This document shows positions 50,301-58,844 of a stretch of DNA of 64,000 nucleotides, piece by piece. How positions within the stretch are numbered: position 1 is the first letter of the stretch; each line of letters begins with the position of its first letter. The stretch spans positions 352,001 to 416,000 of the forward strand of contig JBGAHS010000005.1 in the NCBI GenBank assembly GCA_044226015.1, in the 5' to 3' direction. The notes beneath the pieces were generated by a model. The model saw only the letters and a list, made by a program, of their open reading frames with translations, made no database searches and was not told the origin of the DNA. The stretch comes from Candidatus Obscuribacteraceae bacterium (GTDB lineage Bacteria > Cyanobacteriota > Vampirovibrionia > Obscuribacterales > Obscuribacteraceae). The position numbers and the translations under genes are program-made.

Positions 50301-50860
50301 TGATAGAAAAAATAGAAATCGAGTGTCCTGAATTTTTTGATTTCTTTAGAGCCTAAGACAACTGCGATGAACTCTGGCAGCCGTCCTTGAATTTCTTCAA
50401 GCATTTCAGAGTAGCAGCATAACTGAACCAGAAAATACGGTTTTGGTTTCTTTGCGAGTTTACTGTCCCAGACCTCATAGTGGAAATCGCCGAGTTTTGA
50501 GTTTCCGGGGACTCTTACCAGGAAATCGGATAGCCCAGCAAAGGGCTCTTTTCTAAGGAACCCCTGGTAAATCACATCTTTACCCGCGTGCATCATTTCG
50601 ATTGTTTTTTCGTAGGCGGCATCATCGTTGCCTTCAAGTACGAAAACATTTTTGCCGTCTGTTTGCATGGCGCAGAGGACTTCCTGTTCGTGCAAGATGC
50701 CACGTTTCTGAATCAGCGCCGAACTCTCGTCGTTTTCATCTGGTTGGAATTTGCTGGGACTTTCCAGATAATTGCGATCCATCCATGAGCTAAATGAGTC
50801 GCCCATGAAGGTTATGAGATCGCTTGGAGAATAAAGGAGCGAATGTCCTTTTCTTTGCAT
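47378..50860 (-). CDS. TM0106-family RecB-like nuclease fused to RNase H-like and SF1 (DNA2/Upf1-like) helicase domains
   Basis: YSPSDL, SDFL...EVWDSK, QLCCY; FFDMEG, YSIKKVE, YNQIDC; QGPPGTGKT, DEAGQ, GDQLQL, RMHP, PYNQQ, VDKFQG, LNVAISRA. Confidence 0.9.
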   Translation of the reverse strand: MQRKGHSLLYSPSDLITFMGDSFSSWMDRNYLESPSKFQPDENDESSALIQKRGILHEQEVLCAMQTDGKNVFVLEGNDDAAYEKTIEMMHAGKDVIYQGFLRKEPFAGLSDFLVRVPGNSKLGDFHYEVWDSKLAKKPKPYFLVQLCCYSEMLEEIQGRLPEFIAVVLGSKEIKKFRTLDFYFFYQSLKERFLKFQNQFDASRQPDWVQVGDNSRWKSHAEKILEERDDLIRVANIRKSQIRKLKEAGINTLSELARIEEESDVPGMAHNTLETLSEQAWLQLCSKDLERPLFEVILRTGSVLTENGALSNLDSPIELGDIPDPKGLYALPRRSKLDIFFDMEGFPLVEGGLEYLFGATTIESDKYLFHDWWAHDRQEEKRAFENFIDWSHARWQQDDDMHIFHYGAYEISALRRLASRHASRESELDEMLRAEKFVDLYSIVRNGVRIGCESYSIKKVEQLYMQKRKGEVAKATDSIVYYERWLESPDGNTPEDSSILKDIRDYNQIDCESTAQLYDWLLKQQLKYSIRYSKLGTKSGAATKKAPTRNEILSTKIKEAIPEDRSAAPEHWRVMELMADLTGFHNRERKVGWWELYDRAEMSDDELFADPECVAFVQLSPKPPVPHKKSLLFEYSFDQNQDLKLKPGDTVVFTSDTREQAEIFELDESAGSIVLKRGETKAHLPEEGHLILKETMNNEVLEDSIANQAESFYEGKGLKSCIEHLLFRRYPSIKGITPGTPVVENENKLFPTIEAMDNTYLCIQGPPGTGKTYRSARLIVELIKKGKKIGICSNSHKAIENVLEAVGKAAKETEFDFRAAKFKTDNSGTLPEFSNNNIALIKTENKILKELPKLDLIGATAWFFARHDVKNQFDYIFVDEAGQVCLANIVAIAPATKNIVLIGDQLQLEQPVKGSHPGESGLSSLEYLLGDKSTINPNQGVFLSTSRRMHPDLCELVSTAVYDGRLRADEVTASRQLIPASGQAEDLPKLSGLIYLPVEHEGNSQHSIEEAKVIESLTLNLLELNIRLGEKTRPLNWNDILIVAPYNQQVRLLQSKLPKARVGSVDKFQGSEAPIVIVSMSASDLASSTRGAEFLLSKKRLNVAISRAQLLAIVVGSPALSQFACSTVEQAALLNLYCRFMFDGKISPEEILACTTAKSC

Positions 50861-50961
50861 GCGCCAGCCCACCTGTATATTCGCGCTTACATTCTACAGC
50901 TATTCACTGTAAATTCCGGTTACTGTAACGGGAGCCATTGTCTTCATACTAGACTTGTTAC

Positions 50962-51186
50962 TTATGCAGACTTATTCGGCGGATTATCGAGAAATGAGCA
51001 AACACAAGTGTAGACCCAAACGGGTGTAACCCAGCCTAGAAAGAGGTTTAGAAGAATGATTCGTTTTAGATCATGTTTCTTGCGTTTTACAGCGACAATG
51101 CAAGGAAAAAAATAAGTTGCCAGAAACAAGCTGACCGGTATGCCCAGTACGACCAGGGAAGAAACTGTAACGAGCGCTGAATCCAT
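50962..51186 (-). CDS. Superinfection immunity (Imm-like) membrane protein
   Basis: YFFPCIVA..RK......IILLNLFLGW...W matches the T4 Imm family pattern. Confidence 0.8.
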   Translation of the reverse strand: MDSALVTVSSLVVLGIPVSLFLATYFFPCIVAVKRKKHDLKRIILLNLFLGWVTPVWVYTCVCSFLDNPPNKSA

Positions 51187-51237
51187 TTTCTCTTATGGAA
51201 AAGTCTGAACAAATTAGATACTATCATTTTGCTGTGA

Positions 51238-51528
51238 ATGGTGGGTAGTTCTTTGAATGACTCTGTCTTTAGTTTGTCTCGCATTTCAACGCCAGAGCAA
51301 TTGCTCAGCTTCTATTTGATGGCAGCTCAAATCTATGGATTTCAATTTGGGCTCGGCATTTTCTTTTCTGGGATTATTTTGCTAGCAAAACAAAAGAAAA
51401 AAGCCGCATATGTCCTTATTGCGTTCGGTGCTGTCTGTGCGATTTTCGGATTTAGCGCGATGAACTTAAAAGCATGGCTGCTTGAAGATTATTCAGAAGC
51501 CAAATCTCACAGCAGCCGCCTTCGCTAG
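51238..51528 (+). CDS. Small two-TM hypothetical protein
   Basis: Two hydrophobic segments flanking KQKKK; start uncertain. Confidence 0.55.
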   Translation: MVGSSLNDSVFSLSRISTPEQLLSFYLMAAQIYGFQFGLGIFFSGIILLAKQKKKAAYVLIAFGAVCAIFGFSAMNLKAWLLEDYSEAKSHSSRLR

Positions 51529-51531
51529 TTA

Positions 51532-52059
51532 TTAAAGGGTGTTGGACTCTACTGATAGTTTTGAAAACCACGACTTGGGAATCATATCCAACGGATTATC
51601 AAATGGATTTGGTAGTTCGTAGGTCTTGTTGTACTTAGAGAAAATTGTATAACTTTGATGGACGCAATTGTTTTTTGCCAGGTGCCAACCGCCTGTGCTT
51701 GTGTCCTCTACGGCAGCTAAAGCAAGCTCAGGAGTGGTGGCGCTCAAGTCGAATTCAATTTCTTTGAATGCGTGATAGTAGATATGGCGACCCTGGTAAT
51801 TTTTGTGCTTGCCGAACTTCATCATCTCAAGCATATCTTGCTGGCTGCCTCTTTCACACCACCAATCTATGTCACCTCCGGCAGGAACGTCCATGTAGCG
51901 AATCCATGCTGCCAGGTTCCACCAGTCATGCTTCCAAAGATGATCACTCGAGCCAAAACAATATGAATTGTCGGGTAGTCTAAAGCCCCAGGCGAGGTGC
52001 CCGAAATTTGCGGCTTGCTTAAAGTTTATGAACGCGTAGATTGCGCCTTTCGTTTCCAT
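51532..52059 (-). CDS. Permuted papain-like (NlpC/P60, PPPDE/LRAT-type) enzyme
   Basis: N-terminal GHLAWG precedes C-terminal WHLAKNNCVH. Confidence 0.65.
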   Translation of the reverse strand: METKGAIYAFINFKQAANFGHLAWGFRLPDNSYCFGSSDHLWKHDWWNLAAWIRYMDVPAGGDIDWWCERGSQQDMLEMMKFGKHKNYQGRHIYYHAFKEIEFDLSATTPELALAAVEDTSTGGWHLAKNNCVHQSYTIFSKYNKTYELPNPFDNPLDMIPKSWFSKLSVESNTL

Positions 52060-52166
52060 TGTGCTCCAATGCTTTGCTCTAAAAGCATACCAATAACGCA
52101 TAAATTGTGAGTGTGGGCTGTTCTTGCAAATGCGTTACCATTAGAGCCGTAGCCAGAGGATGCGTC

Positions 52167-52748
52167 ATGTCGTCAGAAGAGCCGGTAGTTGGAATTTGTC
52201 ATGTTGGATCTCCAAGCATTCGTGCTATGTCTAAGCCTATTAAAAGTCAGGCTCAGGCAGCAAAAATCTGCCAGATATTAACTAGCAAACTACGTGAGCT
52301 GAAAGGTGCAGGGCTTGCAGCTCCTCAAATTGGTTTGCCTTATAGAATTTTTGTGATCGAAGTCAAAAAGACTGATCTATTTCCTGAAAGAGAGGAAACT
52401 CCTTTGTACACGGTGATTAACCCTACAATAGAGTTTTTGACTTCAAAAGAGGTCTATGATTTTGAAGGATGCTTCAGCGTTCCAGGTTATGTGGGTCATG
52501 TGCCTCGTGCCTGGAGCCTGCATATGAAATGGACAGACCAGGATGGCGTGGAGCATTCCCAGGATTTTGAAGGATATCTAGCTCGCGTAATTCAGCATGA
52601 ATTCGATCATCTCAACGGTTTGGTTTACCTCGACAGAATGCAAGATATGAAGACATTTATTACGCGTGAACATTATATGCAGCGATGCATGGAAGATCGC
52701 TGCATGACTCTGCGCGTTGTGTCGCCTCAAGAACCCGAACTGAATTAG
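52167..52748 (+). CDS. def: Peptide deformylase
   Basis: GLAAPQIG, EGCFS, QHEFDHL. Confidence 0.94.
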   Translation: MSSEEPVVGICHVGSPSIRAMSKPIKSQAQAAKICQILTSKLRELKGAGLAAPQIGLPYRIFVIEVKKTDLFPEREETPLYTVINPTIEFLTSKEVYDFEGCFSVPGYVGHVPRAWSLHMKWTDQDGVEHSQDFEGYLARVIQHEFDHLNGLVYLDRMQDMKTFITREHYMQRCMEDRCMTLRVVSPQEPELN

Positions 52749-52832
52749 ATAAATTCCGAAGACTAGGAATTAACAAAGCAAAATAAGAGAAGTAGAAACT
52801 ACTCCTCTTATTTGTGTTTTACTTTCTCAGTC

Positions 52833-53114
52833 TTAGCGACGAGCGCCTGCTGGTGCGCCTGTGCGTGCTTTGCTTTCAGAGAAGGAAACGAATATTTCGC
52901 GTCCTTGAATCTGATGTCCCTTCAATCCTTCGATTGCTGTTTCAGCTTCGTTTTGAGATTTCATCTCAACGAAAGCAAATCCACGCGATCTTCCGGTGTC
53001 TCTGTCTTTAGGGATGCTTGTTGTGACAACATCACCATATGGTGAGAAGAGGTCTAGAAGATCCTGTTCGGTAAGACGGAACGGAATATTGCGCACGAAA
53101 AGTTTATTTTGCAT
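52833..53114 (-). CDS. RRM RNA-binding protein
   Basis: RNP2 LFVRNI; RNP1 RGFAFVEM. Confidence 0.93.
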   Translation of the reverse strand: MQNKLFVRNIPFRLTEQDLLDLFSPYGDVVTTSIPKDRDTGRSRGFAFVEMKSQNEAETAIEGLKGHQIQGREIFVSFSESKARTGAPAGARR

Positions 53115-53341
53115 GTAACCCAACCTCGACCAGAAACTCAATCAAACCAATACGCAGGTTGAGTAACAGCGGTCCTTAGAAATAACCCTGACATTATCCA
53201 CACTATTGGAGACTTTTTGTAGCGAAGATTTCAGAATCTTATCTGAAATTCGAACAACACTTAACAATGTGAACTTGCTCGCTACAAAAAGGAGCCTTCT
53301 GGATATACTAGCGCCCACCCCGCTTTCGAAAAGGTTGAAGA

Positions 53342-54784
53342 ATGTTCATCAGATTAGCTCTTGCGATTTTACTTGCTGCCAGTACTTCAGCAGCATTTGC
53401 TGAAATTGGTGACTGGGCTTCTTATGAGAAAGCCGGTGATGAATCATTCGCTATTGGAGATTTCGCTTCTGCTGAAACTAAGTTTCGTAGCGCTATTGAC
53501 CAATGTAGCGACAAGAGTGAACTGGCAAAACTGCAAGTTAAATACACGAATGCGATGATGAGCCAGGGCAAGTTCAAAGAGTCAGAGAAAGAGCTTAAAA
53601 AGTGCGTTTCGCTTGCAAAGTCTGCACTTGGAACCGACAGCATAACTTATGCTGAGTCTCTCGATCTTCAAGCCTGGATGTCTCAGGGCAAAGGAAAAAT
53701 GAATGACGCGATTGATACTTTAAAGTCATCGATTGTCATTTTTGAAGCTAAAGCCCCGGACTCATCTGATCTTGCTGATGCATACGAGCATATGGGCTTG
53801 CTTTGTGAAACTGTGGGACTCCTTGATCAATCAACAGACAATTATTCTAAGGCGCTAGAAATTCGCAAGAAGCTTCTGGGGGCTCAATCTATCGAAGTTG
53901 CAGATTTGCAGGAAAAGCTGGCTCATGTTGCGCAGCAACGTGGTAATGTTGAGGGCGCGCGGCAATTGTATATGGATGCGCTGCGAGTTAAAGAGAGCCG
54001 TGGGGAAGCCTGGAAACCATTTGCGCCCGAACCAACTGATCGTGTTGTGAAGTTCTCTTATTATGCGGGCGCTCCTAATTGCCAGCAAGGAAGCAGCGAC
54101 GGATTATCCATTCAGAAAATTACTGGAAATGGAATCTCTGTTGAGGCTGCTATAAGTCAGAAGCCATCAGATTTTGCAAAGACAACAAGAGCGCTTGTTA
54201 GAATTCACAATGACAGCCAATATGATGTAGATGTACTTCCCAAGCCGGCTAGCTTTATACAGATAACGCCTTCAATTCAAATTTTGCCCTTAATCAACGC
54301 TGTCGAGCTGGCAAATCGAATCCAGAAAAAAGGTGAATCGAAAGCTAAATGGATTAAGTTCTGGGGCGCAGATGCGATGACTCAAGTAACCAGCATCTCC
54401 GATGTGCAGGGAAGAGGGATGCCGCCCGTTTATGGCTATGTTCCGGGCTCTTTTGGATGGTCGAATTTTGGACCTGCTGGCTATGGATATGGCTATACAA
54501 ACGGTTCTTACAATTATGGAAGAAATAAATATTCTGCTTCCAGTTTTTCTAGCACCATGGTTCCTGACTACCAGGCAAGAGAGGAAGCTTATCGTAAGGC
54601 GGCCGAAGCCACCAGCAAATCGCAGGCCGATGCTGCTGCCGTCAGAGATGGGGCGCTTGGAACGACAAGAGTTCAGTCCGGTGGCTCGATTCAAGGCTCA
54701 CTAGATTTCGAATACAGCAAATACGAAAGTGGCATATTGCGCATTCCAATTGGCAACGCTGTGTTTGAATTTCGATTTCAGTAG
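53342..54784 (+). CDS. Secreted TPR protein
   Basis: Signal peptide AFA; kinesin-light-chain-like TPRs (YSKALEIRKKLLG); G/Y-rich insert. Confidence 0.82.
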   Translation: MFIRLALAILLAASTSAAFAEIGDWASYEKAGDESFAIGDFASAETKFRSAIDQCSDKSELAKLQVKYTNAMMSQGKFKESEKELKKCVSLAKSALGTDSITYAESLDLQAWMSQGKGKMNDAIDTLKSSIVIFEAKAPDSSDLADAYEHMGLLCETVGLLDQSTDNYSKALEIRKKLLGAQSIEVADLQEKLAHVAQQRGNVEGARQLYMDALRVKESRGEAWKPFAPEPTDRVVKFSYYAGAPNCQQGSSDGLSIQKITGNGISVEAAISQKPSDFAKTTRALVRIHNDSQYDVDVLPKPASFIQITPSIQILPLINAVELANRIQKKGESKAKWIKFWGADAMTQVTSISDVQGRGMPPVYGYVPGSFGWSNFGPAGYGYGYTNGSYNYGRNKYSASSFSSTMVPDYQAREEAYRKAAEATSKSQADAAAVRDGALGTTRVQSGGSIQGSLDFEYSKYESGILRIPIGNAVFEFRFQ

Positions 54785-54835
54785 TTGTCAGTAAAACCAA
54801 AGTGCTACAGCAGGCGGTAAAATCATAGAAGTGAT

Positions 54836-55561
54836 TTGTCGAAAGGCAAGGAGACATTCGTGGGAAAAATTGGCCATCTCAGCCAAATCTGGCTTTATGA
54901 CGAGGAATCGACCTATCGTAAGGTCATGGAATCGCTGATGACGCAGCGTCCTGAGATGAGACGCGTTCTCGCTGACCCGGCTGTGCTCGAACAGGTCAAA
55001 GAATTTGAACAAGACCAACTGAATGATTTGAGTGGCTTTGCCGAAAATACTGCCGAAAATATGGAAAGGCTTGCCATTCTCGACACTCTCACTGTGACTT
55101 ATAACGGGCGCAGCTTCTTGAGAGAACTTGATCAAACCTTGAAGCAAGCGTGGCGCTATACACGACCGGCATCATTATGTATGGTGTCAATTGATGGCTT
55201 CGAGGAAATTCAAGAGCAGTACCGCACTCTTACTGCAAATTCTATATTGCGTATTTGCGCCGACGCCATCAAGAAAACTGTCCGACCAAGCGACATTGTT
55301 GCGCGTTACAGTGGCTCTGACTTTGGCGTAATCTTCCCGAATACTGATACCGCTGCTGCCACCATGATAGCTGAACGTGTACGTGAGACTCTCGGCAATC
55401 AGGTCGTTACGTATAATTGGGACTTTATCAAAGTTACCGGTAGCTTGGGCATCGCGACCTATCCCACGCACGCGTATGATCGTGATGAGCTGATTTCGAT
55501 TTCTATGCAAGCCCTTTATGTATCCAAATCACGCGGTGGCGATCGCGTTTGTACTATTTAG
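54836..55561 (+). CDS. Degenerate GGDEF-domain protein
   Basis: DTLTVTYN, RPSD I-site, ARYSGSDF in place of ARYGGEEF. Confidence 0.85.
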   Translation: MSKGKETFVGKIGHLSQIWLYDEESTYRKVMESLMTQRPEMRRVLADPAVLEQVKEFEQDQLNDLSGFAENTAENMERLAILDTLTVTYNGRSFLRELDQTLKQAWRYTRPASLCMVSIDGFEEIQEQYRTLTANSILRICADAIKKTVRPSDIVARYSGSDFGVIFPNTDTAAATMIAERVRETLGNQVVTYNWDFIKVTGSLGIATYPTHAYDRDELISISMQALYVSKSRGGDRVCTI

Positions 55562-55854
55562 TATTGTTTATTGTTCGAAAAAACTTCTAGTCGTGCCATT
55601 TGCCACTGCAAGTGATACCAGTCTATTTTTTTGCATCAAGGGGACGCTTGCTCCACCTAATTTCGCTTTTCTAGAAGTGGATTGTTTGCGCATTACGGAT
55701 CTCAGTTTCAATAAGTTGACAACCATACAGACCGCTCTGAGGTCATCGGCCTGGAATTCTGCCAATCTATACGTAAAAGAGGAGCATAAAGTCCCTTTAT
55801 TTGATGATAGCTGGTGCCTTTCTATCTTTGAAAGTCTGAAAGCTGCAATTCGCT

Positions 55855-55877
55855 GGTTCGGAGATTAGCTCCGAACC
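55855..55877. terminator. Perfect 9-bp hairpin upstream of the Tad-like genes
   Basis: GGTTCGGAG-ATTAG-CTCCGAACC. Confidence 0.45.
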
Positions 55878-56033
55878 GGGATGTCAAGCGTGGATGTTTT
55901 TCTGAGTTGTAGCTCATGATCCTCCGGCTTGTTGCTAGGCAAGGGTTTTGAGTAAAAAATATTTTTTACAGCGTCCGGCTAATTTCTCAAAAGTCCTCGT
56001 TGATATAGTCACAAGCGGAGGCGAAAAACAAAA

Positions 56034-56432
56034 ATGGCTAGAGTTAACGGAAGAAGCAGAAAAGGACAGGGTCTGGTTGAAGTATTGACCGGAGCAATCC
56101 TCTTCCTCGTTCCAATCTCACTAGGTGCTCTCGATTTGACCACAGTAGTGCTCGTTAACTCAGCAAATGACCATCTGGTTAAGAACTGTGCAAGAGCTGC
56201 CGCCGACCAGGAAGACCAGGGCAAGGCTCAGAAAGCTGTGCAAGATTGTATCTCCAAGTTTCCTAAGTCTTCAGTAATCGTCGACGTTAATCTCGAAGGT
56301 TCGATTGATTACAAAGACGATGAGCAAGTTGCAGTAAAGACCGTAATGACAGTTAAGTTACCAGTTGGTGGTAGCATCAAGTTTCATGCACAAGCTGTCG
56401 AGCCACTAGTTGCCAAACCTTCAAACGTTTAA
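56034..56432 (+). CDS. TadE-like pseudopilin
   Basis: Basic leader, G|QGLVE (Glu+5), hydrophobic helix, ARAAA. Confidence 0.75.
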   Translation: MARVNGRSRKGQGLVEVLTGAILFLVPISLGALDLTTVVLVNSANDHLVKNCARAAADQEDQGKAQKAVQDCISKFPKSSVIVDVNLEGSIDYKDDEQVAVKTVMTVKLPVGGSIKFHAQAVEPLVAKPSNV

Positions 56433-56524
56433 TTGAACTCAATTAGCGCGTACTTGAGATGTCGAGCTCTTTATGTTTGAATCGGATGTGATTCCAAAAA
56501 GCGCGCTTAGGACAAAGGTCGAAA

Positions 56525-57022
56525 ATGAGACCCGTGAAGGGAAAATCTAGAAGGCAGTCTGGCAATGTAATTGCTGAAACGCCACCAGCACTATTCATTT
56601 TGTTTATAGTCATCTTTGTTCCAATGTTGAGTCTAATAGCTCTTGGTGTCAAATACGGTGTCTGTTACTCGTTAAATGTAATGCAGTCCAATGAAGCAGC
56701 ATTGATTCCAGCATCTAAAGCCGGTTCAGACTCAGGACCAATTCGCCTTGGTATACCGAAGTCCTGGAAAGATAGTGGAATGGGTGCCTTTGTTGATCTC
56801 AATCAACCGTTGCCGACCACTGTTCTTCGATATGAAAAGGGTGCGATGGGTGCCAACGGTGTTCAGGAACAATTCGTTTACGTAAGCACAACGTTTCAAC
56901 TTCGTCCATTCATTACTAACGACAACGCACCGTTTGCAAATGTACCTGGACTAACTGCCCCATTGAATTTCACTATTGAAAGCAGCCGCCCTTTAGAGAA
57001 TCCAACAAATGCCGATAAATAA
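56525..57022 (+). CDS. TadE-like pseudopilin
   Basis: Basic leader, G|NVIAE (Glu+5), hydrophobic helix. Confidence 0.7.
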   Translation: MRPVKGKSRRQSGNVIAETPPALFILFIVIFVPMLSLIALGVKYGVCYSLNVMQSNEAALIPASKAGSDSGPIRLGIPKSWKDSGMGAFVDLNQPLPTTVLRYEKGAMGANGVQEQFVYVSTTFQLRPFITNDNAPFANVPGLTAPLNFTIESSRPLENPTNADK

Positions 57023-58790
57023 GAGCTTCCTGATAAAAAATGGCAGAACCGAATATGGTGCCACTATGGGTCTGGTGGCCGCCTGTGCCCTTGTTCTTGT
57101 CCTGATTGTTGTTGCATTCTTTTATATATCAATGTTTATCGGTGGGGCAGATGAAGCAAAAAATGCATCAAGTGCCGGAACCTTGAATCTGGGCAAGCAT
57201 CTGCTAACCAATGATGAATTCAAAACTGACCCAGCCACGGTGTCGACGACTAATCAGTTTCAGGATGTCGTTGACAATAAAGGCAAGATTGGCTTATCCA
57301 ATATAAATGCAGTCTGGGGGAAGGTGTTGCTTGCTGAGGCAAACGCCGAGGAAATGTATTCAATGGGTCAAGCTGGTGATGCGAAATCACATGCGGATAT
57401 GATGTTTTCTGATGCAAACAGTATCAATTCTGACCTCGTATCGAAGCTAACTGACGTTAGCAAGCAAATTCCGATATTCGAACATATGGCTACACAGAAT
57501 TCGGTACGAATGTTGGGAACCGACAGTAAGGTATTGGCTTCTAAGGGCGACAACTGGAAAAGTTCGGAAATGAGTCGCGGCGAAATAAGCAATTTAGATG
57601 TACCTGTTAAGTCTGTGATGCCCAGCGATGCGAGCTATTCCGCGCTGCAAATAAAGAACAATCGCATACCAGGTTACACACCTATTTCTATAAATGGGCA
57701 CCAGTTCTGCTTCGTTTCATTTCCCGATAAAGAACGCACCCACCTGGTATCACGAAGTGAATTTGACGAAAACAAATCGTCCACTAAACCGATATCTGCA
57801 GATTGGGCAAAACCGGTACCTAATGCTTTCTCTTGTGAAGGAGCGGCAAAAAATCAGCAGGGGTATTCAGAGAAAGCCGTTGCATTTGTTCAGACAAATC
57901 CGCAGAAAATCTATAAAATGAGTATGCCTCATGGGTTCCTTCATATCGTTCTTGAAGACAATGATGCTACCTGGCTCTTTAATTCTCCGACTCCACCGGT
58001 GGATGCTGCTGCGCAAAAAATTGTCGGCAGTGCACCTCAGAAAATCCAGAATGCTCAGAAAAAGTTGGACGGAATAGATCCTGATCACTTTTCTATTGAT
58101 CATAACGGAGATGGTGATGCAGACCCTCTTAAAGTGGCGATGGAGCAGTATGATGGTAGTTATCCATTTCGCCCTGACCCCCAGACAAAATCGGGAAGTC
58201 CAGCCTCAGCTGTGTGTGGAACCCTGGTGGCGAACATGGTGCCACTCGGTAAAGAATACCTGCCTCCTTGTCTAGACACGGCTCTCTTTGGTTCAAAACT
58301 AGATACTGGTGAATATGATTACCTGGAAAAAATGATGGTTAATCGCATCAACCAGATGATCAGTGTACCTGGTGTTACTTTCGGTACAAAGGATTTGCAT
58401 AAGCTTTTGCAAGACCCTGAAACAACAGGATGGATGCAAGCATCAGTTCACGACTATTACATTTTTAGTCCTGATGGAAAGTCTGTCGAAGTTGGTACAA
58501 AAGAACGAGCCATAATGAAAGCTAATTGGCTTTCTTCGACTATAGACCATGAGCCTGATGGCGCAAACAAAACACGGGCTGAACTCAGTAGCTTCTTTCC
58601 ATTGTTGCCCTTCACTCAGGTGAACGTTATACCTGATCCCTATTGTTTCCCTTATTTTCCGCCCTTTGGCGTTCTATACGTTCAGATTAAGGACAAGTGG
58701 CAGCCAGGTTCTGGATATGATGGTTGCCTTGGCAAAATTACGAGCAAGCACCACACTGATGTGTATTTGTATGGAATTGCCGGACCTTAA
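57009..58790 (+). CDS. TadG-like pilus-associated protein
   Basis: G|ATMGLV followed by a hydrophobic helix, EAKNASSAG.L, and a large exported domain; follows two TadE-like genes. Confidence 0.6.
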   Translation: MPINKSFLIKNGRTEYGATMGLVAACALVLVLIVVAFFYISMFIGGADEAKNASSAGTLNLGKHLLTNDEFKTDPATVSTTNQFQDVVDNKGKIGLSNINAVWGKVLLAEANAEEMYSMGQAGDAKSHADMMFSDANSINSDLVSKLTDVSKQIPIFEHMATQNSVRMLGTDSKVLASKGDNWKSSEMSRGEISNLDVPVKSVMPSDASYSALQIKNNRIPGYTPISINGHQFCFVSFPDKERTHLVSRSEFDENKSSTKPISADWAKPVPNAFSCEGAAKNQQGYSEKAVAFVQTNPQKIYKMSMPHGFLHIVLEDNDATWLFNSPTPPVDAAAQKIVGSAPQKIQNAQKKLDGIDPDHFSIDHNGDGDADPLKVAMEQYDGSYPFRPDPQTKSGSPASAVCGTLVANMVPLGKEYLPPCLDTALFGSKLDTGEYDYLEKMMVNRINQMISVPGVTFGTKDLHKLLQDPETTGWMQASVHDYYIFSPDGKSVEVGTKERAIMKANWLSSTIDHEPDGANKTRAELSSFFPLLPFTQVNVIPDPYCFPYFPPFGVLYVQIKDKWQPGSGYDGCLGKITSKHHTDVYLYGIAGP

Positions 58791-58844
58791 GATCGTGTAA
58801 GCACCGCCGGAGCTGTGTCTGGGAGAATTCGAATTCGCTTAGCA

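Noticed and set aside
55518..55868. 116-aa plus-strand ORF and overlapping 65-aa minus-strand ORF
   Set aside because: No recognisable motif or SD, and the plus ORF overlaps the GGDEF gene; cannot tell whether either is real.
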